Shown here: piece after piece, positions 14,401 through 25,958 of the stretch
How positions within the stretch are numbered: position 1 is the first letter of the stretch
How the letters are laid out: each line of letters opens with the position of its first letter
Assembly (NCBI GenBank): GCA_009602735.1
Contig: WELA01000395.1
Span: forward strand, 255,330 to 314,547
Length of the DNA stretch: 59,218 nucleotides
Origin: Mesotaenium endlicherianum
Lineage: Eukaryota
Direction: 5' to 3'
The notes under the pieces: model-generated
Database searches by the model: none
Told to the model about the DNA's origin: nothing
What the model saw: the letters and a program-made list of their open reading frames with translations, nothing else
Translations under genes and position numbers: made by a program

Positions 14401-14540
14401 AAAAGTTAGAGCTTGCCGACTGCACTATGCGGAGCAGGCTGCCCGAGATTCTCGGGCACCAAAACCTCAGTGACGAGGTTGCCGTCTCCCTCAGTTGCCC
14501 TTGCAAGCGATGCATAGATGCGGGAATATTTATTGTTTGA
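11436..14540 (+). CDS. Intronless F-box/LRR-like protein (1034 aa) with Gly/Ser-, Pro- and Asn-Pro-rich insertions
   Basis: N-terminal F-box-like IQELHGEPLRAILGRV...LQRCRAVCREWERAA; multiple LxxLxxLxL repeats (LRRLRTLQL, LSGLQHLRL, LPNLTHLDV, LLHLTSLRI, LKKLELADC). Confidence 0.72.
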   Translation: MSSSSCGSGGSSGGGGGGTSIQELHGEPLRAILGRVCRDEGIVAGLQRCRAVCREWERAACGLVEFVSLIAARPGHGQPWGRSGRSGGAGAGSGGREDDIDDDDNDDWDACAADSVLQELRRYPSVKRVRVGAAAEIRAASYVRVLTRLACADPAEELVALTSLDLVYWHHHPGPGCCALGSGVGSGVGSGLGSESGSGAEAWSPGSRGSAWGSVLGGWGGVSREAWEEPGEVHLGEVQSPLQALDALLTRRQGTLVKLSLTLVNPEEFACAGATAGGAASAAALAAAAGGRPPWGLRQLAREAVSGAASSGDASGSSSSGSGRGSGGGSSDSGSGSPSDRAEREGREGEEGLLPEGQQEGPPGFALPSSLSGSGSSGNNNGSGSGSACSGGGGGSRDSRGAHAALPPECASMAPLVLRPGGSGLGLGLHAQQQQQHSSNVRDVMRSMRAHLNRPPPNSSSSSSSLLPSPPLPSPPLSPSLAPPPPQSRPSLTSPLSSDRPLPLPLPRPQLLPEAQPPTGEAFLRIVAAGVMQGSPPLPNRMLTSPLSSSAPLPSTSAPPPPLPPVPLAPPPTDESVLDLGRLRRLRTLQLDYGCLPLCAPGGGGRCGRPLPSYRTFFRLGALAELRALSIRSPVESPLPDSLWVLSGLQHLRLTVEESSGSSNSSRNQGFGFGRPRLLVPRRRPLHASNPNPSTNFDPCNLNTTGTLLPTRQRGLYPNYNPSPNPNAIGIQSLNPLLRFNPDPDPGRNTNPNPNPMPEWPLLPQAPHVDLGPLDRPFENLKGLREVELRMLDIRSGLSEGEATALLSIPTLTALSVHALRQRCSRNSALRGHGPPAHAHAHAQAHPHHLRQRNNDGNVGAVGRAHVNARAGANASSVRAREHAHARALQALLYWPGLSRLSLDLFELPPMPSGHLMPRLRELTLVVHLSTFEHDFFRHLPNLTHLDVTLYNVFVWPTLGNLLHLTSLRIGFLNPSSKLPGGFSPPALKKLELADCTMRSRLPEILGHQNLSDEVAVSLSCPCKRCIDAGIFIV

Positions 14541-15726
14541 TTATGCCGTAGGTTAGAAGCAGTTTGATTCTGTGCTTGTCAAAAACCCCCCGTTCCATGA
14601 GCTTGGATACTACAACATAGTGTTTGCGATGATTTAACCTTTGTGCATATGATATATAGAACCCTTGTAGCGCCCAGGTATAGCAACGGTTTAGGCATTT
14701 TTGGGTGATCTCTTGTACATTCTCCTTTGCATTCGGCAATTGTAATTTGGGGCCTTATTGAAGCGTAGGTTCATGTGTCAAGTTCCCCATGTCCAATATG
14801 ATACCTTTGTTGACACGTATCATGTTTCTCGACACTTCGACTTTCTTATGTGTGGATGAAGCCAGAATCAATGTTGTTTAGTGCCCAAACCATTTTTTAA
14901 CTGGTGCCACTGTTGTTTTTCAGTGTGAGGCTAGGTAGCCCCATCATAGGTTTTGCGACATTGTATTGTGACAAAGGTCTCACTTGATAACAAGGCAAGG
15001 AGTGCCATTCATGTCAGTTGTTGCTAAGCTTCAGGTAGGATCATGTTCGGTTAAATGTTATCAGTATTTCCATCACACTTACGACACAAGCTTTTGAAAG
15101 CAACATGCACCTCACAATCACTGCAAAAAGCTATTAAGCTCCAAGAACCCCTATCATTGAGTAATGAGGGGGTTTATATAATCATTCTAGTCGGCTATTA
15201 AAGCTCTTAAAAAGACCCTCTGTCAAGTCATCAAGTAGTATATATGTTATATATACATGTAGATATATATGTGTATATATATGTGTACATCTTGATGTTT
15301 AAAGTCAATTTACATATATCTACCTATCTTATCTTGGTTTTTTCATTTAAAGAGTGGACCCCTTGCTCATCAAACACCTTAGTGATATAATCGACCAATC
15401 GGAATTGTTCCTCGGCTATACCGACGCTGCTGATTGAAGCTGACAATTTGAGCAAGCTCAAATTGAGGTTTAAAAAGGAGGGAATTTCAATGTGAAATAT
15501 TTAGCAAAAGAATTCACTAAATATACAGAAGTGACACTTCAGCTACTCTCGAGAATTCTGAACAGCAATACTTAAGCAGCCTCCACAATAACCTATTCAT
15601 GCAAGCGCACTAACAAAGTGCCTAGTTGAGTTCTTTTCTTCGCCCATGTCCCATATTTGCATTAGAGCAGTTGCGCATAGAGACACTCAGAATAGACGCA
15701 TTCTCTCTCGTCTTCGAGCACTAGCG

Positions 15727-17752
15727 ATGGCCGACACTACCACCGAAACCGAGAATTCTACACCCCTCACCATCACACCTGCCGCTCTGCAAGAAACCTT
15801 GAACGCCACTCCTCTACAACACAATCCCTCTGGTGAGGAGTCCTTAGGGGCGGCCGCACAGAGGGCCCTCGCGGACCAGTTAGTCCAAGAAATTCAGGAG
15901 CGCTTGTCTCAGCCTCATCCTCCCCCTCCCACAGAAACAGGCCCTACCCTAGTTTCAGTGACACAGCAACTGGGTCACTTACAGCAGCTAGTGACATCGC
16001 TCACAAAGGACAAGACCGCCATCAACAACGACAGCGACCAGTGGCTTCAACAAGTCAAGAGAGCCAAGTTGAAGCACGACCTGATGGGCGACAACAAGCT
16101 CTCCGAGATGAACAAGATGCATATGGGAGTCTGCTCCGACATGGTCGACATGATTGGAGACGCCCAAGCAGCACTAGACAAGCAAGACTCGGAGGAAGTC
16201 AGGAAGCTTCTAACAGAAGGTTTGTCTGCCATTGCTGCTAGAGCTAGACAAATCAATACTGCTGATAAGCATGGTTGGAACCTAAAAATAGAAGAGTCTA
16301 AATCTATGAGCACAAATAAGGAAGATAATGAATGAGAGCCGAAAGTCTTCAAGCATCTAACTAAGAAGACTAAGGTCGAGGTTGTCAATGTCAAGGTCAA
16401 AGAGGAGGGAGGACTTAGATCTAGACAGCAGATCCCTATGTCTGTGCGCAACAGTTGGATCTGTTACACTTGCCAGGAGTTAGGTCATCTATCAACACGT
16501 TGCCCTTACAATCTGGTCAAGAACCACACCTTAGGAGCCCAACAGACATACATTACCCAGCAAGCTCCTACAATACACACAGCCAGTTGTACCAATGAGC
16601 CCTACTCAGGCAGCCTTTAGTCAACCAAACCACACTCAAACACCCCAATAGAGACAGCAGGGTCCCCAGCATAACTCAAACTTCCAGCATTACGGACCCA
16701 GACATTAGATTCAGAAGTCAGGTCATAAGCATAGAACAAGTCCATGGATTTACTAGTTAGATCAGCTAGGTCTGTCAGCAGGAAGATTGAGCTTCCAACT
16801 TGTAAGGAAACAAGATACAATATTACTCCAATTTGCTCTAAATATTGGACAGCTTGGGACAACCAAGTTTTATTTGTGCTGAGACGATTAGCTTGTGTGC
16901 ATCCAAGATAATTAGAAATGTGCTGAGACAATCAGCAAGATCAAACTGAGACAATCAGTAATTATTATTTCTATTGAGATATTTGCAATGTGCTGAGACA
17001 ACTAGCCCTGTCAGACTGAGACAATCAGAGGTTAATCATGCTATGAGATGCATCTTGTGTTTGCAGATCAGGATTGTTCAAACATACTCATGGTCCTCCT
17101 AGGCAGACAGGAGGAAGTCATCACTTCCAAGGTTAGCTCCACCCAAGAAATCTCAGGTCTAGCTAACCGTCTGACTGAGAGACTAAGTTGGTGGAAATCT
17201 TGAAGCACTTGTTCTTTTGCTCTGCCAGTAATAGCCAGAGGTTATAAGTTACAGTGGGTAGCCTCCCCCCCTATGGCATTTGCTCAGGAAAACCACAGTA
17301 CAATCAAGAGCCGTTTGCAATTTACACAAGACTCCATCCAGAAGCTGGTCCTCACGGGAGCAGCCAGAGTCTGGGATGAACCTCAAGCACCTCACTATGT
17401 CAGCCCCTTACATGTGGTAGAAGGGAAAAAGCCTAGACTGATCTTGGATTTGAGAAGGGTCAATGCTGCTTTAGCCTCTTCCAAGTTCAAGTACGAAGTT
17501 CTTAGCAAGCTTCCTGACATCATAGAGAAAGGTGATTATATGTTTTCTATAGAATTAAAGTCCGGTTACCATCCTATCCCAATACACAAGGACTCTCAAA
17601 AATACCTAGCATGCAAACTAAATGACACTGTATATGTGTTCTAGCTGTTCCTTCCATTTGGCCTAGCTACAGCCCCACACGTTCTCACAAGGGTTCTGAA
17701 AGAGTTAGTGAGGAAATGGAGAAGTCTAGGCATCAGAATCCTCCCCTATTTG
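15727..17752 (+). mobile_element. Decayed DIRS-like (tyrosine-recombinase class) retrotransposon fragment: gag-like ORF, CCHC knuckle and truncated RT
   Basis: Zinc knuckle CYTCQELGHLSTRC (~16460-16503); RT RLTERLSWWKS*...IARGYKLQW...ENHS...SPLHVVEGKKPRLILDLRRVN...FKYE...ELKSGYH...LPFGLATAP...WRSLGIRILPYL is DIRS-type and ends just before the catalytic DD; stops and frameshifts present. Confidence 0.8.
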
Positions 17753-18258
17753 TACACTACGCCTATAATGACTACATATGCCTAATCATTTTCATATCTC
17801 CTTATAATTGCTCTATCTTATATTCTCCTTCATTTCACTTTGAAATTCCCTCAGTTGGGAAAATTTCAGGGGAACGTCGTGGTACTCGGCCCACTAGTCC
17901 CACACTTGAAGCGTCGCTAAACAAGAACCGAACCACAGAATCTCGATTGCTCCTTCAATCGAATTTTCGTAACGTGCATGCTGAACGTTTTGTGGGGCGT
18001 GAGGACTTCATTTAGGACCGATCAAAACTCATTACAATCGCTCGAGCACTAGCCGATAGTATTCTGTCGCTGAACAGATCATGCTCTCAAGACATGATGA
18101 ATGGCTGTCCCCGTGCAGGACGTTTCCTTTATCTGGCTCTTCCACGTCCGACCTAGCTGGATTTCTAGATCTCCGCCAAATCTGTAGGCAGCATCTAGAT
18201 CCCATTCAGAACATTAAGAGGTGTTCACACCAGGGGGTGCTTCCCCCCACTCGACTCT

Positions 18259-21200
18259 ATGACGGGCGGGTGCCTGTGCAGCAAAAAGTTCCATCTCTTA
18301 GTGATTTCCGTCGTCCTCTTCCTCTCTTCCAAAGCCTCCTGTGATGATAAGGAAGCCTCCCCCGCCTTTGGAAATAGTGAATCATACTCAGCAGGCCTCA
18401 ACAAAGACCCTACCAGCGTGACACCTGTCTCCTGCTTGTCCTCCTCCCCACCTCCTCCCTTTGCAGGATCATCAGACCAGGTGCAGGGGCAAGAGCAAGA
18501 GCAAGAGCTTCCTGGAGTGCAGTCAGAAGCCGCAGCTAATGATGCCAGGTGTCAGCGCCCCCTCAAGCCTGAGCCTGCAGTAGAAGACAGGTGTGAGCGC
18601 AGCGCTGAGACACGTGGCAGCGCAGGCACGAAGGGCACAGTGCTGCTGCTGTCGCAGTCTCTCGCAGGACACCTCATCCCCCTGGTGGCCCTGGGGCAGG
18701 AGCTTATCAGCAGGGGCTACAGCGTACACCTGGCGGCTCCCTGGGTGAGCGAGCGCATGCCTGGCAGGCTAATTGAGGGCACGGGTATCTGCCACATCAG
18801 CGCGGGTGTGGAGGCCATGTCTGAGGAGCAGAGAGGCCGGCACGCCGTGGCGCTGACTGGGCAGGTGGGCCCGTTCACGCTGATGTGGCGGCTGAAGCAG
18901 TTCAGGATGGAGAAGGGCGCCTGGATGGCACACAACCTCCTCGCTACGGGGACCCTCGGACCGCCAACTGGCAATCTGCCAGCTGGCAGACCGCCGGTTG
19001 ACAAGCCCAGCAAGTGTCCTTCAATGCCTGGCAGATGTGCCAGTTGTCGGGCCTTGTCGTCCTCCAGGTGTACGATCGAGGGCCGGCCGCCCGACGCGCC
19101 CAATGGCAACAACAAAGGCGAAAGCGCAGACCCAGATGAGCAGCAGCAATGCACTGCCGCAAGCCACCTGGCAGAAGCAGGCGGTGACAGGTGTGCGGCT
19201 CCCCCCAGCAGCTTCCCTGACAGAAAGCAAGGAGGGGGCAGCGAGCAGGGCCACAGCGACTGCGACGGGCGGGGGGGAGAGGAGCCAGCTAACATTGTCA
19301 GGCCGGACATCATCGTCGCTGACCTCAGCGCAGGGCTGACAGGAGGACACCTGGCAGAGCTCTTTGACATCCCCCTGGTGTTCAACACGGGGACCTTCAA
19401 CTACCAGCACCGCCGCCCGCCGCCTTTCCCCTACCCCCTCTTCGGGTCCGCCGTGAGCCTCCAGGAGATGACACTTGTCGACAGGGTGCAGGCCGAGATT
19501 TGGCGCGTGCTGCGGATTGGCCAGCTGGCGGGCTACCTGGCGGAGCGGCAGGCGAGGGCCCGGATCAAGCAGGCCTACAACCTGACGGTGAAGATTTACC
19601 TCGAGCCAGGCGTGATGCACCCCCTGCTCATCAACACAGCCCTCGATTACCCTCTGCCTGTGGGGCCCCTGGTGACAGTCACAGGGCCCCTCCTATTCCC
19701 ACCCCCCCCTCCTCATCCCCCTCCCCCTCCTGCTGCTGCTGCTCCAGCTGCTGCTGCGGCTGCCGGCGCTGGTGGCTCCTCCTCCCCCTCCTCCTGCTCC
19801 TCTCGCCCGGGGACAAATTCGGGCGCTGCCATGCGGAGCCCCAAGAGGGCGAGATGCGCCAGGTGCTGCAAGGGTGAGGAGCCCTGCGAGGAGCCGGACG
19901 GCACCAGCGGTGGCGGTGGCCATGGCCTTTTCCCTGCGGGCTGCGACAGCGGCTGTGGCAGTGGCATTGGCAGCAGCAGTGACAGGGGCAGCGGCCGTGC
20001 CGGCAGTGGCGGCAGCTTTGGCGGCGGAGTACGGACTTCTGGCGTTGCCATGTATGCAGGCGTAGGAAAGAGAAGCAACGTCGACGAGGAAGGGGAAAAA
20101 GTAGGGAAAAACGAGGGGGCGCCGATGAGGGCATGCATGGCGGAGCGCTGCACTGACAGCTGCAGCTGCAGCAGTGGCAACGGGGGGATGGGGAGTGACG
20201 CATGGCAGGAGGGCGGCGGCAACGGCGACGACAGGGAGGAGGGCTCCTCAGCCAGTGAGGTGCAGAGCTGGCTGGACAGGTGGCGCGCGCGCAGCGTGGT
20301 GGTGGTAAGCATGGGCAGCCTGGTGCAGCTGTCGGAGGCGCAGGGCCGCGCTCTGCTGGCCGGCGTCACGGCCCTCGGCCGCCCGGTGCTTTGGGCGGCG
20401 CCCGTCGGCGCGCGCACGTTTTTGGCCGACGAGATCCGCGCCGGGGGGGGCCGAGGGGGGCAGCAGCAGCCGGAGGAGGAGCAAGGGCCGCCGAAGCAAG
20501 AGCAGCCGCAGCAGGGGCAGGGATGGCTGGGACAGCCGCAGCAGGGGCAGCAGCAGCAGCAGGCGCAGGAGCTGGACCAACGGCAGCAGCAGGAGCAGCA
20601 GGAGCAGCCGCAGCGACAGAAGAAGAATGGGCCAGGGCAGCAGCGGTGGCATCGGCAGCGGCAGCAGCGGCAGCGGCAGCTGCGGCAGAGGGGGTGCGCG
20701 GGGGAGGTGAGGGTGGAGAGGTGGATAGCGCAGAGGGAGGTGCTGGCACATGGCGCCACGGGGGTGCTGGTGGGGCACTGCGGGGCGGGCGGCGTGCAGG
20801 AGGCGCTGCTGCATGCGGTCCCCGTGCTGTGCCTGCCCTTCTTCCTGGACCAGCCAGGCGTCGCCGCGAGGCTGCGCGACTCCGGCGCGGGCCTCAGCAT
20901 CGACCCGCGCCAGCTCAGCGCCGCCCGCGTCTCGGTGGCGCTCCGCAAGCTGATTGGTCGGCGACGCCGCTGCCACTACAGCCGCTGCCGCTGCTCCCCT
21001 TGTAACCAAGGAGGGGCGGCGGCAGAGGAGGAGGCGGAGTACGAGGAGAAGGAGGATGAGAGGCATGGGGCGGAGGGGGAGCATGAGGCAGAGGCGGCGG
21101 AGGAGGCGGAGGGGGGGGATGNGCCGTGCCGGCAGTGGCGGCAGCTTTGGCGGCGGAGTACGGACTTCTGGCGTTGCCATGTATGCAGGCGTAGGAAAGA

Positions 21201-22588
21201 GAAGCAACGTCGACGAGGAAGGGGAAAAAGTAGGGAAAAACGAGGGGGCGCCGATGAGGGCATGCATGGCGGAGCGCTGCACTGACAGCTGCAGCTGCAG
21301 CAGTGGCAACGGGGGGATGGGGAGTGACGCATGGCAGGAGGGCGGCGGCAACGGCGACGACAGGGAGGAGGGCTCCTCAGCCAGTGAGGTGCAGAGCTGG
21401 CTGGACAGGTGGCGCGCGCGCAGCGTGGTGGTGGTAAGCATGGGCAGCCTGGTGCAGCTGTCGGAGGCGCAGGGCCGCGCTCTGCTGGCCGGCGTCACGG
21501 CCCTCGGCCGCCCGGTGCTTTGGGCGGCGCCCGTCGGCGCGCGCACGTTTTTGGCCGACGAGATCCGCGCCGGGGGGGGCCGAGGGGGGCAGCAGCAGCC
21601 GGAGGAGGAGCAAGGGCCGCCGAAGCAAGAGCAGCCGCAGCAGGGGCAGGGATGGCTGGGACAGCCGCAGCAGGGGCAGCAGCAGCAGCAGGCGCAGGAG
21701 CTGGACCAACGGCAGCAGCAGGAGCAGCAGGAGCAGCCGCAGCGACAGAAGAAGAATGGGCCAGGGCAGCAGCGGTGGCATCGGCAGCGGCAGCAGCGGC
21801 AGCGGCAGCTGCGGCAGAGGGGGTGCGCGGGGGAGGTGAGGGTGGAGAGGTGGATAGCGCAGAGGGAGGTGCTGGCACATGGCGCCACGGGGGTGCTGGT
21901 GGGGCACTGCGGGGCGGGCGGCGTGCAGGAGGCGCTGCTGCATGCGGTCCCCGTGCTGTGCCTGCCCTTCTTCCTGGACCAGCCAGGCGTCGCCGCGAGG
22001 CTGCGCGACTCCGGCGCGGGCCTCAGCATCGACCCGCGCCAGCTCAGCGCCGCCCGCGTCTCGGTGGCGCTCCGCAAGCTGATTGGTCGGCGACGCCGCT
22101 GCCACTACAGCCGCTGCCGCTGCTCCCCTTGTAACCAAGGAGGGGCGGCGGCAGAGGAGGAGGCGGAGTACGAGGAGAAGGAGGATGAGAGGCATGGGGC
22201 GGAGGGGGAGCATGAGGCAGAGGCGGCGGAGGAGGCGGAGGGGGGGGATGGGGGGAGGTGGGACGACGAGGCTGGAGGAGGGAGGGAGGCGGACGGGGCA
22301 CAGGAGGAGGAGGAGGGGGAGACCAGCTTTGTGAGAGCTGCAAGACGTATGGCCAGGTACACGAGGACGCTGGGCGGCGTGCGGCGGGCGGCGGATGTAG
22401 TCGAGCACACGCTGGCGGACGGCAGCGCGCACCTCGCGCTGCCAGATGTCTGCATCTCGCTCTTCGTCCTGTACAGGCTGGACGTGTACCACGCCCTCTT
22501 GAGCACTCTCCTTTCCGCCTGCCTGCTTGCCCCGCTCCTCCTGCGGGCCTTGACGAGGATGCTCGCTACAATTTCTCGTAGCATTTAA
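18259..22588 (+). CDS. UDP-glycosyltransferase (GT1), animal-type architecture with signal peptide and C-terminal TM helix; ~1066 aa after removing a 1129-bp duplicated segment
   Basis: N-terminal GHLIPLVALGQELISRGYSV; VVVVSMGS; UGT signature WIAQREVLAH...VGHCGAGGVQEALLHAVPVLCLPFFLDQ; C-terminal AADVVEH...GSAHL...YRLDV + hydrophobic helix; removing 1129 bp restores one 3201-nt frame. Confidence 0.87.
19994..22250. repeat. Apparently identical tandem duplication 19994-21121 / 21123-22250 separated by a single N (probable scaffolding artefact)
   Basis: Identical ORF translations recur at a 1129-bp offset (e.g. 20280 vs 21409); N at 21122. Confidence 0.9.
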
Positions 22589-25024
22589 GGTTTGGGAATA
22601 GCATTCTGGGTAGGGTTCAGAGAACAAGGGCCCGGATTCAAATTATGTCCAGGTGCTATGATTGGTGGAGAACGGTGTTCATCAACCGTGTCTATAGGGT
22701 CTAGTCTCAGTCGTCGTGAGGTGGCGATGACTGGGAAGGATCGACCCATACTCAACCCCCCCCACCCCCCNATGCTGTATACGTGTCTTACAAACAATTT
22801 CTGGCCCTTGAATGAGGAGAGAGCCGTTGTGCTTTGTGAGATTGGTCGTACGATGGCGACCACCTCCAGCGACGTAGTAATATGTGCAGCTGCGTGATTT
22901 GCGAAGCACACTACCCTGCCCTGCCCTGCCCCCGCGCGTCAATTGACTCCATACAGCATGTCATACCCCTCCCCCTCTTCCTCCTCCTCCATCCTCCGAA
23001 GGACCCTTCTTTTATCCGCAGTTACGCTGTGAGCAGCTTTGTTGGGGCAACAGCTTCATATTTGTGACGCTCATCTTCCGATGTATGACGTGGCATCTCC
23101 CGCTCTGCGACGCTCGCCTTCTAATTCGTGACGCGTCTCTCCCCCTTTGCGACACACGTCCTTGACCCTTGAGGCCAGCATCATGGCACACCGCTCGGCA
23201 TGGTACTTTCAAGATGCGTCGGGGGTCTAGGGTTAGGGTTCGGGTTGAGGTTTTTCTGCGGAGCAATGCCCCTGCCTTTGCCCCTGCCCCTGCCCCTACC
23301 CCTGCCCGTGCTAGCTGCCAGCCTCGCGAGTGAGCGAAGGGCTGCAGCAGATCTCGGGAACAAAGACTTCGCCGAAACACGTACTTTGGAACAATGACTA
23401 TCGCCCGAGTACTCTGGAATCATGACGTTGCCCGTGCAAACAGCATCAGGGCCTCCGACGGGCCTGTTGCTTGCGTGGTGGTGGGCTCTGTGACGTGGCG
23501 GCGCCGCCGCCCAAGGCACTGAGCACCAGTGGCATCGTGGGAGAGCGAGGCGGGGCTTGCCGCCGCTTACCTGGCGGCAGCGACAGGCGGCACACTGGCC
23601 CCTCCACGAGGGGTGCCAGCTGTCAGGATTACCCTACATTTGCAATGCACACGAGCGTTCATGTCCCCGGCTGGCGGAATCGCTGCCAGAACCAGATGGC
23701 CTCGTGAGAACAAGACCCAACTTTATTGACCCAGCGCCGCCCGGTCATCGCCCCCGCCCAGCCCAAGCCCCTTGCCCTTGCCCTTGCCCTTCTTCCTTAA
23801 TTGTTTGATACATGAGACAGTGTAGAATATACAAATCATAGGGTTTAGAGAGTAGGACATTTAGTCAGGCAATGCCCCTGGAGTCGGGGGCATGGAGCCC
23901 AGGGCTTATGGCCTAGGGCCTTTAGTCTAGAGCCTTAAGCCTCGAGCCTAGAGCCTAGAGCCTAGAGCCTCTGAGACGCCTAGGACATAGGACCTGGGGC
24001 GATGCTGGGCCAGATGCAGAGCCTGCTGCTGATGAGGGCCTGCGTGCCACAATTGGAGCTGTACATGCTCCCGAATGTTTCGCATGAGGTTAAGTGAAGT
24101 GCGGCTTTTCTTTCCTCTCTCGGTAGTGGCCTTTGTGCGTGCACTCACACGCTCCTTTGCTCAATGCCGTAGATCGGGCCCCTCGAGGGTTCATGATATT
24201 TGGCAGAAGCATCTGGAAGGGCCAGAGCTCTCGAAGGACTTGGGCACATTGCAGATACCAGAGGATTTAAAATTCCTGGCAGAAACATTAGTCCTGGTAG
24301 GGTTTAGAGTCTCTGGCCTGGTGCCAGGTTCTGGATGGTAGGCGAGCAAGACGGCTGCTTGTATCTCTATTTAGCCTGGCTGATTGCCTGCTTAACTTTG
24401 TGCTTATACCATGAGTTGGACACTTTGCAGCAAGCTGCTGGTTTGCCATGAGGCAGCATAACTGCTAAGATTGTATGTTCTTCCTTAACCACGGAGAATT
24501 TGCGTAGTCTTTGTGAGCTTTGTATAAGCGCCTGTGACTTTTATATCAATTAGGACAAGAGCCAAAAGGCAGTCTTTAGTCTGTAAATTGTATCAAAAGT
24601 GGATATCTAATACTCAGCTTTATCACGTAGTAGAATCAGTCATAAGTCCAGAGAAGAAATGTTGATTGCACACAGAGCCTCAAGGAGCTCAAATAGCGAA
24701 GTTCGCAAATCTCTTTACAGAAATCACTATGAAAACCCGAGTTATGAGCCAATTTACGAGATGAATTTTACAAATTTCATTTCAAGAACTTCACCAAGTT
24801 ACTTGAGACCTGCTGGTTCCTTGTCAGTCACCAGCCACCAGCCACCAGCCACTTGCCACCTGCCACCTGCCACCTGCAACTATTAGCAAGGAATACATGG
24901 GCTCTCTGCTCTTCAGATTAATTTGCGAGGCTCCTTTTGCAACTCTCCTTAGTACAACTAAGTTTTCTCTTTCAAAGACATTACAACGTTTATATTATTT
25001 CTAAACGAGAGCAACTGTCATCAA

Positions 25025-25096
25025 GTCGGTGTAGTTTAGTGGTTAGAATCCCACGTTGTGGCCGTGGAGACCGGGGCTCGAATCCCCGCACCGACA
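25025..25096 (+). tRNA. trnH-GTG: tRNA-His (GTG)
   Basis: Acceptor stem GTCGGTG/CACCGAC, D-arm TAGTGGTTA, anticodon arm CCACG-TTGTGGC-CGTGG, T-arm GCTCGAATC, TTTT terminator at ~25099, TATA-like element ~30 nt upstream. Confidence 0.95.
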
Positions 25097-25958
25097 CCTT
25101 TTGCATCTTTCACCTTCAGACCTGCGACCGACCTGTATGTACTATGGCGGTCCTGTTCGATCTGGTCCCCCATGGTCCCCAGTCTCGACTTTAGCTTCAC
25201 TTCCTTCAGCAGCTCAGCTTCAGGTGCTGTGCTATAGTAATCGTCGCTAGTCGATTTGGCCAGAGTTGGCCAGCGTTGGCCAGCCATGAGGGGAATCTAG
25301 TGCCCATATATCTCTTGCTGGTTTGAGCCCATGTGCGGAGGTCTTTGGAATCATCTTGAAAGGCGCATGCAGCATGCGCCCGAAACTGGGCTCAGCTGCA
25401 GTTTATAGACAATTGTAGCTGGTTGATTTGTAACTCGACTTGATTCTACGCTAGCGTCACAATCTATATGCGGATTTAAGCATCGGTTTTACATCTGCAG
25501 GACCTCCGAGGTTACCGTGATTGGAGCAGAGGATACGACGAGCTTGAGCACATCAATATTTGGGTCAGACGTATCGGGTTGGGACAACTCTGTGGAGTCT
25601 ATACCTTACGTGCCATGTAGCCCTTCGCAATACACTACGCAATCTTCGCTGGTGCTCGTTTAGGTAGAGTAGAATACATTGAGCTTGTGTTCTTTGTGTA
25701 TGTAATGAGAGTTGCTTCTTCAGTATTTTTTCGTCTTTAATCCTGCTCGATGTGGTACGCAATTGGTCTTTGACTGCAGGGGTGAGGAAGGAGCTCCCTT
25801 TATGCAATCAATTCAACTCTAACATCTGCACATATTTGGATGGTTGTCCGCTAGTTCATTCAAACATTTTATTCTCGTTGTGCTTATCTTGTGACCCCTG
25901 CATCCAGCTAGATATACTCAATTGGAGAATCTCCGGCATATGTTTAGTTGGGACCGGA

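Noticed and set aside
16875..17035. CRISPR-like repeat spacing
   Set aside because: Short degenerate units, irregular spacing, eukaryotic retroelement context, no cas genes
19679..22627. Long antisense and alternative-frame ORFs (up to 609 aa) over the UGT, likewise over the F-box gene
   Set aside because: GC-rich shadow ORFs of low-complexity coding sequence
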